In this document: positions 1 to 8,348 of the stretch, piece by piece | Numbering within the stretch: the stretch's first letter is position 1 | Layout: the number at the start of each line of letters is the position of its first letter | Source: a virus | Taxonomy: Duplodnaviria; Caudoviricetes | Strand: one strand, 5' to 3' | Virus record (IMG/VR): IMGVR_UViG_3300043406_000167 | Location: 1-30,116 of that record | Length of the DNA: 30,116 nt | Notes under the pieces: generated by a model | Databases searched by the model: none | Told to the model about the DNA's origin: nothing | Seen by the model: the letters and a program-made list of their open reading frames with translations, nothing else | Translations under genes and position numbers: made by a program

Positions 1-168
1 CACCCGCGATATTGAGCGCCAGCGCCATATCGTTGGTGGTGACACCCGCGATATTGAGCGCCAGCGCCATATCGTTGGTGGTGACACCCGCGATATTGAG
101 CGCCAGCGCCATATCGTTGGTGGTGACACCCGCGATATTGAGCGCCAGCGCCATATCGTTGGTGGTGA
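1..168. repeat. Perfect 42-bp tandem repeat, 4 copies, in frame within neuA (VTTNDMALALNIAG unit)
   Basis: Identical units start at 1, 43, 85 and 127 with no spacers. Confidence 0.95.
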
Positions 169-310
169 CCACAATCTCACCCACTCCCGACTGCCGCGCG
201 CACCACACCGCTCGCTCCAGCGGTGAGCGCCCCGCCAGCGGCCGAAAGTTCTTCCCCGGAATCCCCCGGCTCCCAACACGAGCAGGGATTATCACAAGCG
301 GCCTATCCAC
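1..310 (-). CDS. neuA: Acylneuraminate cytidylyltransferase (CMP-nonulosonate synthetase), 5' part; runs off the window edge
   Basis: Not in the ORF track. Hand translation from GTG at 310 (GGAGG upstream, overlapping the neuC stop) gives MDRPLVIIPARVGSRGIPGKNFRPLAGRSPLERAVWCARQSGVGEIVVTTND, matching the NeuA IPARxGSKGIPxKN motif. Confidence 0.9.
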   Translation of the reverse strand, partial: MDRPLVIIPARVGSRGIPGKNFRPLAGRSPLERAVWCARQSGVGEIVVTTNDMALALNIAGVTTNDMALALNIAGVTTNDMALALNIAGVTTNDMALALNIAG

Positions 311-1415
311 AAATCACCTCCGCAATACGGGCACCCGCGGTGCCATCGCCATAAAGCGATGAGGAGCCATAGGTGGCTGTCTGCCACTGGGTCTCCCACG
401 CTGCGCACACTGCCTCGCTCTCCTCCGTGCCCGGCACATCCAGCACGTTGGCCGCGCGCTCCCGGCCCTGTTGGCGGTTGCCCACATTGACCACGGGCGT
501 GCCCAGGTAGCTGGCCTCGCGGATGCCCGCGCTGCTGTTGCCCACCAACACGCGGGCCTGGCTGAGCAAGCGCAGGAAGCGCGTGGGCGCCAGATTGGGG
601 ATCGTGCGATAGCCCTCGCCCTGGTGCTTATCCATCCACACGCGGATGGCCTTCGCCACCAGCTCATGGCCGGGGTCGCTGTTGGGCCACTGGATGAGCA
701 CCGGCGGCCGGAGCGCATACAGCACGGTGGTCGCCAGCGTATAGCTCTGCTGCCATTGGGTCGTGTCGGGATGCAGCAGCATGAGCGTGAAGGGCTCCAG
801 CGGGTCCACGGGGTCGCCGGCGCCGCTCAGCTCCTTCGCCGTCACCCACGGCTCGTAGAGCGCCGCCTTCGCGAGATCAATGCTGGGGCACCCGGTGCGG
901 TGGATGGCGTGGTAGACGCCCGTCATGCCGTAGACGCGCGCCGCCGCCCTTGGGGTAGTCACGCAGTGCACGTCCGCCAGGTGCGTAATGGCATCCCGCA
1001 CCTTGTCATCGATGTTGCCGCTGCGTTCGCCGCCCTGGATGTGCACGAGGGGGATGTTGAGGTAGGCGGCGGCTTGCGCGGCGGCCAGGACCTCGTAGCG
1101 ATCCGCCATCACCACGGCGACATCTGGGCGGTGCGTGGTCCACAGCGCGGCCAGCTCGCCCACCAGCGCCCCCGCGCTCTTGGCCGCGGCCACCGGCGCA
1201 TTCCCAGCCATCTGGCTCCAGACCTCCACGACCACCAGCTCGGGATAGCGAGCCCGCACCTGCCGCACCACCTCGCCGTATTGCGGGAGGAGCGCCGCCC
1301 CACACGCGTAGATGATGGGGTAGGTGTCGCGCTCCACCAGCTCCCGCACGACCGTTTCGAGCTTGGCCCAGCTCGCGCGGGCCGTCAGCACCACCGCCAC
1401 TCGCTTAGCAGCCAT
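303..1415 (-). CDS. neuC: UDP-N-acetylglucosamine 2-epimerase (hydrolysing), NeuC family
   Basis: Motifs DRYE, HIQGGERSGNIDDKVRDAITHLADVH, GNSSAGIREA, NVGNRQQGRE, YGDG. Confidence 0.93.
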   Translation of the reverse strand: MAAKRVAVVLTARASWAKLETVVRELVERDTYPIIYACGAALLPQYGEVVRQVRARYPELVVVEVWSQMAGNAPVAAAKSAGALVGELAALWTTHRPDVAVVMADRYEVLAAAQAAAYLNIPLVHIQGGERSGNIDDKVRDAITHLADVHCVTTPRAAARVYGMTGVYHAIHRTGCPSIDLAKAALYEPWVTAKELSGAGDPVDPLEPFTLMLLHPDTTQWQQSYTLATTVLYALRPPVLIQWPNSDPGHELVAKAIRVWMDKHQGEGYRTIPNLAPTRFLRLLSQARVLVGNSSAGIREASYLGTPVVNVGNRQQGRERAANVLDVPGTEESEAVCAAWETQWQTATYGSSSLYGDGTAGARIAEVICG

Positions 1416-1827
1416 GTTTCGCGTATCTCCGGTATTGGTTATTGTTCTGCACGGTCCAGCTCACCCATCGACAATTGTCAGGCGCGTATGGTCCGTCGTT
1501 ATCGATGCGATCCAGTGTCAACCCCGGCGGGCGCGGCCCCATGTCCGCCCAGAAATTTTCGAAAACAAGCCAACGCTCACATACTGTGATGCCGCGACCT
1601 CCATAGTTCGCGAAGGCTGCATGCTGAGAGTTAAGACAACGCGCCTTCATGGCGCTCCACGTTTGATACTCGGAAGACCCGGCTCCTCTCGCATGACCGT
1701 GCCGGGCATTCTCTAGACCGCCACACAGTCGAGAGCAAAAACGTGGATGCCGAGTGCTGCGGTATTGCTGACGAAACGAGGCCCCGCAGTATTCACACAC
1801 GCCTCGAATCATGCGGCTGCTACCCAC
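1405..1827 (-). CDS. HNH-type homing endonuclease with N-terminal Cys motifs (alternative start ATG 1812)
   Basis: [42 protein letters not shown] phage HNH family signature. Confidence 0.85.
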   Translation of the reverse strand: MGSSRMIRGVCEYCGASFRQQYRSTRHPRFCSRLCGGLENARHGHARGAGSSEYQTWSAMKARCLNSQHAAFANYGGRGITVCERWLVFENFWADMGPRPPGLTLDRIDNDGPYAPDNCRWVSWTVQNNNQYRRYAKHGC

Positions 1828-2533
1828 GTTGCCAACGCCCTAAAAACCGTTTCGGGTCCTCATTGGCGAACTCGCGCAACTGGCGCAGCTCATCCATGGT
1901 TTTCTCAAAGGGCCGCGCGGGTCGCGCCTGCCCCGGTAGCTGCACATGGACCTCCACGATGCGGGCGCCGGCGACGATCGCGGCTTGGCATTCGCTGAGC
2001 CCGATGGCGTGGTCGCTCCACCCATCGAAGGCGTAGCGGTGATCCGTCAGGGCGGCATAGGCAATACCAGGCGGCGCCGGGTAGCGACTCACGCAGGCCA
2101 AGCGTTGGGTAGGGGCGCCATAGAGCAGCATGCGCGGCCCCCCAATGCCGTAGGACACCAGCACCTCCGCGAAGCCCGCGGCCTTGATCGCTTTGGCCAC
2201 GCTCACCTCGCCCGCCTCGCCACTCCCCACCTTGATGCGCGGGCTCACCTCCCGCACGAAGGCGACGTCATCCGCGTGGTAAGCCGTGAGCAGGAAGCCC
2301 ACGCCGCTATCCGCGCACATCGCGCTCAAGGTGCGCAGCTCACGGTCGGGTAGCTGCGCCTGCCAAAACCATTTAGACTGCGCATCATCCATCCGCAGGT
2401 GATGCCAGCGGGTCATCTGGAATTTCACGGTATCCACGCCCGCCTTGGCACACTCCCGAATGAAGCGCCACGCCAGCCCCAGGTCCCCGCCGTGGTTCGT
2501 GGCCACTTCCGCGATAATCTCCACCTTAGCCAT
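1820..2533 (-). CDS. neuB: N-acetylneuraminate/nonulosonate synthase (NeuB family), short form without the C-terminal AFP-like domain
   Basis: [37 protein letters not shown]; start placed at MAKVEII. Confidence 0.88.
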   Translation of the reverse strand: MAKVEIIAEVATNHGGDLGLAWRFIRECAKAGVDTVKFQMTRWHHLRMDDAQSKWFWQAQLPDRELRTLSAMCADSGVGFLLTAYHADDVAFVREVSPRIKVGSGEAGEVSVAKAIKAAGFAEVLVSYGIGGPRMLLYGAPTQRLACVSRYPAPPGIAYAALTDHRYAFDGWSDHAIGLSECQAAIVAGARIVEVHVQLPGQARPARPFEKTMDELRQLREFANEDPKRFLGRWQRG

Positions 2534-2942
2534 AGATGCTCCTGTAATGCGCACGTTGATAGGCATTCGAGCATGGGCGGCATAGACGCCCGCTCTTGCG
2601 GTAATACACGTTTGCTGGGTCATCGAGCCGATGCAGTCCGCGACGGCAAAGCATTCGCTCCGGCGGTGGCGAAGTCGGGCGCCTATTCGCATATTGCTCT
2701 ACCCGCGTGGCCCAGCGGCAGTTCTCTGGTGCGTAAGGGCCGTCGTTGTCAATGCGCTCAATCGTGTGCGCTGACGATGGACGCGGCCCCATGTCGCGAA
2801 AGAAGACCAGAAAGGATGCTCGCCACGCCTCACAGACGTAGATCCCGCGCCCACCGTAGTCCGGGTAGCTCGGGTTATTCGGGTTGTGGCATCGCTGAAT
2901 CGCATTCTTCCGAATCCGATACTCCGCCGTAGTTCTGCTCAT
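2526..2942 (-). CDS. HNH-type homing endonuclease with C-terminal CxxxxH/CxxC zinc motif
   Basis: [51 protein letters not shown]; C-terminal CRRGLH..CRPC. Confidence 0.85.
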   Translation of the reverse strand: MSRTTAEYRIRKNAIQRCHNPNNPSYPDYGGRGIYVCEAWRASFLVFFRDMGPRPSSAHTIERIDNDGPYAPENCRWATRVEQYANRRPTSPPPERMLCRRGLHRLDDPANVYYRKSGRLCRPCSNAYQRAHYRSIYG

Positions 2943-2973
2943 CCCGCCTGCTTCGCGTCTCAAGCTCATTGGC

Positions 2974-3225
2974 CTACCCGTATATGTAGCGAACCAGGGC
3001 CATCCCGAATACCGTGCCGCTGGCCGCGCCCAGCGCATAGCATTCGCGCAGCCCCACCATGTCCGCCCGCGCCGCCGAGCGCGCATTCAGCCACCACACG
3101 AAGCTGATCCCAAACCCCACGCAGAACGCGCCGGCCCAGTGGCGGCCAGCTATCTGACCCACGTTCATCGCGGTCATGGCGACGATCACGAAGCCGCGCG
3201 CGAAGATCGAGAGGCGTTCCTTCAT
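2974..3225 (-). CDS. Small membrane protein with about 3 hydrophobic segments
   Basis: ATGA-coupled to the upstream gene; [20 protein letters not shown]... Confidence 0.7.
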   Translation of the reverse strand: MKERLSIFARGFVIVAMTAMNVGQIAGRHWAGAFCVGFGISFVWWLNARSAARADMVGLRECYALGAASGTVFGMALVRYIYG

Positions 3226-3527
3226 GGCTCCTGCTCCATCCGCTCCAACTCCTTCTCGAGGTTGGCGAGCGAGCGCCACGCCACCTTGCCCGAGTGTAGG
3301 ATGCCATCGCTATCCAGCGTGCCCGCCTCGACCAGATGGCGGGTCAGCGCGTCCAGCTCGTCGCTGCTCTTGCTGCGATCCCAATGCAAAGCCATGCCTG
3401 GGTTATGCTGCTCGTTACCCACCCAGCTCACGTGCGCGATGTAGGCGAGTGCCCGCGGGAAGTAGCGGATGACCCCCGAGTAAATTGGCGTCTGCTTGCG
3501 CTCGGTCGCGCCGGTCGGTAGTGCCAC
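3222..3527 (-). CDS. dATP/dGTP diphosphohydrolase-like (DUF5664-type) protein
   Basis: ERKQTPIYSGVIRYFPRAL..GNEQHNPG..LHWDRSKS.DELDALTRH; GGAGGAG RBS. Confidence 0.7.
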   Translation of the reverse strand: MALPTGATERKQTPIYSGVIRYFPRALAYIAHVSWVGNEQHNPGMALHWDRSKSSDELDALTRHLVEAGTLDSDGILHSGKVAWRSLANLEKELERMEQEP

Positions 3528-3649
3528 GTCTCCTCCATGTCAATCTCGGCAGGCGGGTTGTAGTCCTCCTGCTCCCATTCGTTATCTAGGCCATCGGTGT
3601 AGCCATTGATGACTACGCCGTCTACGCTATCGAAGAGCGCGAAGGGCAC
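3428..3649 (-). CDS. Possible small acidic protein (overlaps the downstream gene by 100 nt)
   Basis: GTG directly follows the upstream stop and fills the 3528-3649 gap; protein-like acidic N-half. Confidence 0.3.
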   Translation of the reverse strand: MPFALFDSVDGVVINGYTDGLDNEWEQEDYNPPAEIDMEETWHYRPARPSASRRQFTRGSSATSRGHSPTSRT

Positions 3650-4417
3650 TCAGAGCACCCGCGACTGCACACCCTTGGCCGCCGGCTTCATGTCGCGGAA
3701 CCACCCGCCACATGCTTGGCACTGGAACCGCGCATAGGCCCGGCTCATGGCGCGATGCGTGCCCCGCGATTGGATGCGGAGGCTGCCGCAGCGTGGGCAC
3801 CCCACATCGCCATAGAGGTGGCGGCTGGGGTGGTCGGGCGTATGTTGGCGGAGCTTCAGGTAGACGCGCTCGAGCAGCCGCACATCCTCCTTGTTGTAGG
3901 CCACCATGTCGCGGATCGCCTTGCGGTCGCCCTGGAGCACGCGCAGCCACAACCCCTTCGGCGTCGTCTTCTTGCCGCCCACGCCCAGCAGCTTCCCCAG
4001 GTAGTCGAGATTATTGGCATTGAGCAGGAATTGCTTCCGTGCCACCTTGAGGGTGTCAATGCTCACGATCGGGGGCAGCGGCGGCAACCCATGCACCAGC
4101 ATCCGCCCCTTGGTGAACTTGATGTCGTATTCGTCGCCATTGTGGGCGACGATGATGTCGGCGCTGCTCAACACGGCGTGGAGCTGCGCGCAGACCGCGC
4201 GGTCCTCGAGGAGCCGCCCATTGAACACCCGCTTATCTGCCACCGAGACCGCGTGGACCTTGGCCCTGCCCAACTCCTTCCACGCCGCGCAAATGATCAC
4301 CCGCTCCTGCACGATATTGTCGGCGCTGATGTAGTCGTTGTGCTTGAGCTGAAAGACCGCCGCGAAGTTGTGGCTGGTCTCGATGTCCCAGAGGATGATG
4401 CGCGGGGCCTTGCTCAC
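3650..4417 (-). CDS. RNase H-fold 3'-5' exonuclease (DnaQ/YprB-like) with C-terminal zinc ribbon
   Basis: WDIET, AHNGDEYD, IDTLK, YNKEDV; CPRCGS...CQACG. Confidence 0.85.
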   Translation of the reverse strand: MSKAPRIILWDIETSHNFAAVFQLKHNDYISADNIVQERVIICAAWKELGRAKVHAVSVADKRVFNGRLLEDRAVCAQLHAVLSSADIIVAHNGDEYDIKFTKGRMLVHGLPPLPPIVSIDTLKVARKQFLLNANNLDYLGKLLGVGGKKTTPKGLWLRVLQGDRKAIRDMVAYNKEDVRLLERVYLKLRQHTPDHPSRHLYGDVGCPRCGSLRIQSRGTHRAMSRAYARFQCQACGGWFRDMKPAAKGVQSRVL

Positions 4418-4683
4418 TGAACCCGCCCCTTGCCGCTGCCGCCCGTGAACTCGAACAGCTTCATGATGCAGGCGTCGATCTGCGGGGCGTTGCGCGGCTC
4501 CCCCTCACAAATCTCCTCGATGGCGAGCGCGAGGGTCGAGAAGAGCGCCGAGACCACATTGGCCGCCGAGTGGACGGCGCCCGAACGGTCCTCCGCCGCA
4601 CACAGCGTATCTAGCAACAGCACCACGAGTTCGCGCACCGCCTCCGGGTCCGACACCGCATACGTTCCTGTTGGTAGGTTCAT
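4414..4683 (-). CDS. Hypothetical protein
   Basis: Tightly packed; GTGA overlap with the next gene. Confidence 0.65.
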   Translation of the reverse strand: MNLPTGTYAVSDPEAVRELVVLLLDTLCAAEDRSGAVHSAANVVSALFSTLALAIEEICEGEPRNAPQIDACIMKLFEFTGGSGKGRVQ

Positions 4684-4686
4684 AGG

Positions 4687-5166
4687 TTACCCCTTCTGCA
4701 AAGGCTGAGCCACGGGGCAGCGGAACACGAGCACTACGCTCGGGAAGGGCGCGCCCGCGGTCGCCCCGCCAAAGCGAAGCCGGCCCTTGAGGAATCGCAC
4801 CTCCACGCCGGGCCGGGGCCCATGCTGCTCACGGTCCCACACGTGCTCATGCCACCAGCGGGTGTCGGTGCGGGAGGGCACGAGACAGACCACGGTGGCC
4901 CCTAGTGCCGCCTCCGCGGCGGCCTTGGCGATGAACTCGCGGCACATCGAGTAAGGCGGATTCAGCCAGCAGACGCAAGGCCCCCAGCGATACTCCAGCG
5001 CATTGACCCCGCAGTCTGGGCCGAGCCAGAACCCCGGCACCTTCGTATTCGCCTCGCTCGCCGCGCAATCCTTCTCGAAGCCAAACTCCGCATTGAGCGC
5101 GTCAAACGTCGCTTGCGGCGTCGCCCACTCATCCGACGCCTTCGAGAACATCAGCGTATTGTTCAT
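4687..5166 (-). CDS. Phage DNA N6-adenine methyltransferase (phage Dam family)
   Basis: DEWATPQ..FDALNAEF, WLNPPYS, LVPSRTDTRWWH, FLKGRLRF, APFPS; ATGA overlap with the polymerase stop. Confidence 0.9.
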   Translation of the reverse strand: MNNTLMFSKASDEWATPQATFDALNAEFGFEKDCAASEANTKVPGFWLGPDCGVNALEYRWGPCVCWLNPPYSMCREFIAKAAAEAALGATVVCLVPSRTDTRWWHEHVWDREQHGPRPGVEVRFLKGRLRFGGATAGAPFPSVVLVFRCPVAQPLQKG

Positions 5167-6014
5167 TTGCGATACCTCCGTCCTGTCCACGCCTCTACGC
5201 CCACCGGTAACCCCGCGGCCCACGCGGGCACCTGTGCCACCAATTGGTCGAAATCGTAGACGCTCGTGCCCTGCGCATCGGCCTCCGCGATAATCTCGTC
5301 GTGGACGCTGAGGATGGGCAGGTAAACGCCGCTCGCCTCGCAGCGTAACAGCGCGGCTGCCATGAGATCCCGTGCCACGGCCTGGGTGATGTTTTCCACG
5401 AGCAGCCCACCGTAGGCATGCTGTCGCCCCCACTTGCGCGTGTAGGTATTCATACCCATGAAGCTCACCGTGGGCACGATGGCCTTCCACGGGGTTGGGC
5501 GGTGGACGATCGCGGGATCGGGGTAGGCGAGGCGGCGGCCACTGGGCAGGGTGGCGTAGAGGAAGCGGCCCTCGACGTGCCAACCCATGCTCGACCCGTA
5601 GAGAATCGCAGCTCGCGCGCCCCGCTCCGTGCCATACCAGAGCTGCTTCACCTTCGCGAACTTGGCGCGATACGCGTCCACGGTGCGCTGCGCCAGGCCC
5701 TCATCGATCGCGATGCCCCACGCCCCCGCCGTCTCGCGAAATTTCTTGGCGCCCATGCCGTAGCCCAGGCCGAGGATGGCCACCTTGCCCAGCGCCCGCT
5801 GCGGGTTGCGCGCATCAATCGCCCGCGCCATCTCCGCGTAGATGTCCTCACCCCGCTCGAACATGCCGAGAGCCTCCGTGTCGCCGGCGAGCCAGAGCAG
5901 GACCCGCGCCTCGATTTGGGCGTAGTCCGCCACGTAGAGCTGCTTGCCGGGGGCGGCCACGATGGCGCCGCGCAGTGCGCTGCTGAACGTCGCCATTACG
6001 TTAGGTGCCGTCAT
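5163..6014 (-). CDS. Family A DNA polymerase, C-terminal catalytic part
   Basis: Motif A VADYAQIEARV, motif B RALGKVAILGLGYG, motif C VHDE; also LPSGRRL and ENITQAVARD. Confidence 0.93.
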   Translation of the reverse strand: MTAPNVMATFSSALRGAIVAAPGKQLYVADYAQIEARVLLWLAGDTEALGMFERGEDIYAEMARAIDARNPQRALGKVAILGLGYGMGAKKFRETAGAWGIAIDEGLAQRTVDAYRAKFAKVKQLWYGTERGARAAILYGSSMGWHVEGRFLYATLPSGRRLAYPDPAIVHRPTPWKAIVPTVSFMGMNTYTRKWGRQHAYGGLLVENITQAVARDLMAAALLRCEASGVYLPILSVHDEIIAEADAQGTSVYDFDQLVAQVPAWAAGLPVGVEAWTGRRYRK

Positions 6015-6127
6015 CGCTCGGGCTCCTGCGCGGCCACGACCGCCGCCGCCACGAGAGCGATACCGCCTATCACAAGCATGAACAGCGCAAACAGCGCAAA
6101 CAACGTGATGACGATGACGGCGATCAC
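6011..6127 (-). CDS. 38-aa single-pass membrane peptide between the polymerase halves
   Basis: MIAVIVITLFALFALFMLVIGGIALVAAAVVAAQEPER; GTGA and ATGA overlaps at its two ends. Confidence 0.65.
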   Translation of the reverse strand: MIAVIVITLFALFALFMLVIGGIALVAAAVVAAQEPER

Positions 6128-6516
6128 GTTCTGGCCTCGCTCAATAGCTGCTCGACCACTTGGATCACTTCGCCTTCCGCGAGATGCCCGCCCCCGATCT
6201 TCTGGGCTTCCGGCCGCAGCGCCACAACGATCCGTTCCGCCAGCGCATAGAACGGACGGGGCGCGCGTTCGGCTTGCAGGCGGACGCTGAGTAAGGCCGC
6301 GACATCCTCCCAACGCACCCAGTCGCCGTAGTCGTCCGCTCGCTCCATCTCCACGATGGAGTCATAGCGCCGAATCGCCGCGAGCTGGGCCGCCAATCGT
6401 TCGTGATCTTCAAAGCGCATCCACTCGCCATCGTCCGAGGGTTCCATCTCTTCAATCGAACTCCCACACCGATAGTTCGTCACCATGTCATAGCGTTTCA
6501 GTGGTTGGTCGCTCAC
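6124..6516 (-). CDS. Hypothetical protein with duplicated RYD..EME..D.G.W.R.ED motif, between the polymerase halves
   Basis: GTG 6516 overlaps the stop of the N-terminal polymerase ORF (GTGA); internal repeat. Confidence 0.75.
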   Translation of the reverse strand: MSDQPLKRYDMVTNYRCGSSIEEMEPSDDGEWMRFEDHERLAAQLAAIRRYDSIVEMERADDYGDWVRWEDVAALLSVRLQAERAPRPFYALAERIVVALRPEAQKIGGGHLAEGEVIQVVEQLLSEART

Positions 6517-7610
6517 GCCTGCCTCCCCGCCGCCAGCGTCATCAGCTCCTGCCATGTCCCCTCCATATCGAAATCTTTCTCATGTTTCGGGAAGTTCTGC
6601 GGCTGGACGCCCCGCCCGCTCCAGCGCCCGGTGCCCGCGCCGTGGTAGAGCAGGCCACCGTGGGCTCGCCCATCGCTCGCCCGCCAATGGCGCATCGCCT
6701 CATACTTGGCCGTGGAGGCGAGCCCCACCTCGCGCAGGATCTCCAGCACGCGCCGCGGGGCCTCCGCCATGTCGCCCTCCAGCGCCTCGGCCACCGTGGC
6801 CTTCTGCGTATCCTCTAGCTCCACGCCCTGCTCCGCCAACCACGCCACCATCTTCGCGCGCTTCGTCGCCTTGTCGGGGTTGCCCTGCGTCAGCTCGTTG
6901 AGTTCTGCGGTCAGACGCGCCGTCTCGCGCTCAATCAGCACCAGCGCCGTGTCCACTGCCGCGCCGTCCAGCGCAAACCCCCGCTCATTCATGGCCTGGT
7001 CGAGCAGGTAGACCTCGGTTTCCTCCGCGCTGAGGTCGGGTAGGGCCTCGCTGAGCGCCGCCTCCACCGCCACGTCCTGGCGGCAGTAGGCCCACAGCGC
7101 CTTAAACAGCTCCCGGCTCTCCCACCACTGCGTAATGCCCGAGGCGCGCGGCCGGCTCACCTTCTTCATGACCTTGGCGCCGGCCTCGTCCTTGGTGGTC
7201 CCCAGGCCCAGGGCGGCGGTAGCATCAGCCAACCCGCGGGGTAGCGCGTGGCTCGCGGCCTTCGCCGCGCTGCACCGCCACGAGCGGTGAGGAATCGGCG
7301 GCCATCCGAGCCGCGCCGCTGCCACGTGCTTCCATATGCACCGCTCGAACCACGCATTGTGTGCCTCCACGAGCCCACCGCGCCCAAGCCACGCGAACAG
7401 CTCCGCCAGGTCGCCCTGCCCCTCCTCCGCGATGCCCAGCCCGGGATACGCGGGGTGCCAGAGCGCCGTTTCGCTCGGGGCCCAGTCGGGCAGCCGCCAC
7501 GCCAGGCACATGATTTCGGTGCTCGGGTGGGCGGCATACTGCCAGGCGCCGCAGCGCTTCAGTGGCGCCGCACTGCGCGTCTCGAAATCGATGGTGGCCT
7601 TAGCGGCCAT
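6513..7610 (-). CDS. Family A DNA polymerase, N-terminal part (3'-5' exonuclease plus thumb)
   Basis: IDFETRS, AHNAWFE, YCRQDV, MNERG, YHGAGTGRWSGRGVQPQNFP. Confidence 0.92.
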   Translation of the reverse strand: MAAKATIDFETRSAAPLKRCGAWQYAAHPSTEIMCLAWRLPDWAPSETALWHPAYPGLGIAEEGQGDLAELFAWLGRGGLVEAHNAWFERCIWKHVAAARLGWPPIPHRSWRCSAAKAASHALPRGLADATAALGLGTTKDEAGAKVMKKVSRPRASGITQWWESRELFKALWAYCRQDVAVEAALSEALPDLSAEETEVYLLDQAMNERGFALDGAAVDTALVLIERETARLTAELNELTQGNPDKATKRAKMVAWLAEQGVELEDTQKATVAEALEGDMAEAPRRVLEILREVGLASTAKYEAMRHWRASDGRAHGGLLYHGAGTGRWSGRGVQPQNFPKHEKDFDMEGTWQELMTLAAGRQA

Positions 7611-8277
7611 CGAGCGCCTGCTCAATGCGCGCCGCCGTTTTAGCGCCAATGCCTTCCACGCTCATCCACGCGGTCGCCGTAGCCCCAAACGCCTGGCGCA
7701 GCGTCCCAAAGTGCGCCTCGACCGCCGCGCTGGTTTTGGCCCCGACCGCCGGCAGCGTCATCACCGTGCGGCGGAATTGGCTGACTCGCGCCACCGGCTC
7801 GTAGTGGACAAGGTGGCTGACGTGGGCGTCATGCGCCTTGTCCGTATACCAGCGGTAGAGACAAGCCAGCGCGTGGAGCGTCGTGTGGCGGTCGGGGGTG
7901 TGGCGCACTTGCAGCCCTGTCCCCCGCATGGTCTGCACGCGCTCCTCCAGCTCCCCCACGCTCATTCTAGGCCTATCGGTTACCCCGGGGAGGCAGATCA
8001 TCCCCGCGTTGTTCACGCGCCACGTGCCCTCCACGAAGAGCCAGCGCTCGGCGTAGGTGGCGCTGAGGCCGGGCAACTGATGCCCGGGCAGGCGGTTGGA
8101 GCGCAGGCTCCCAATGAGGTCCGCCACGTTCTTCAGCTCCACGCCGACGGGTTGGCCGCCATACGCGGTCCACGCCACATCCCCAAATGCGAGCTGGGCG
8201 CCGATCGCGGGCAACCCGAGGTCCATGAGGGGCTTGAGGAGGTCCGCGCTGCCCACGCGGGTGTCAACGCGGATCAC
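7600..8277 (-). CDS. ERCC4/XPF-domain nuclease with C-terminal HhH motifs
   Basis: VDTR, GDV, VELKNVADLIGS, VEG; LPAVGAKT and VEGIGAKTA HhH motifs; start placed at GTG 8277. Confidence 0.8.
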   Translation of the reverse strand: MIRVDTRVGSADLLKPLMDLGLPAIGAQLAFGDVAWTAYGGQPVGVELKNVADLIGSLRSNRLPGHQLPGLSATYAERWLFVEGTWRVNNAGMICLPGVTDRPRMSVGELEERVQTMRGTGLQVRHTPDRHTTLHALACLYRWYTDKAHDAHVSHLVHYEPVARVSQFRRTVMTLPAVGAKTSAAVEAHFGTLRQAFGATATAWMSVEGIGAKTAARIEQALDGR

Positions 8278-8348
8278 AGCCGCCTCACCCACGATAGCAC
8301 CAGCATGAAGGCCAGTAGGTAGCCGACTATCGCAAGCACCCCAATCAT
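8274..8348 (-). CDS. 24-aa hydrophobic micropeptide
   Basis: MIGVLAIVGYLLAFMLVLSWVRRL; ATGA overlap with the ERF stop and GTGA overlap with the ERCC4 start; not in the ORF track. Confidence 0.65.
   Translation of the reverse strand: MIGVLAIVGYLLAFMLVLSWVRRL

Noticed and set aside
1-168. CRISPR array
   Set aside because: Units are contiguous with no spacers and are in frame within neuA
12-362. Plus-strand repeat ORF (SASAISLVVTPAIL)n
   Set aside because: Antisense shadow of neuA, which has clear motifs on the minus strand
3222-3527. 2-aminoadenine (Z-genome) system
   Set aside because: A DUF5664-like gene alone is common in phages, and no purZ is present in the window
6015-6512. Intron or split intein in the polymerase
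   Set aside because: No intein terminal motifs, no endonuclease or RT ORF, no recognisable group I/II elements; the interval is fully tiled by coupled ORFs
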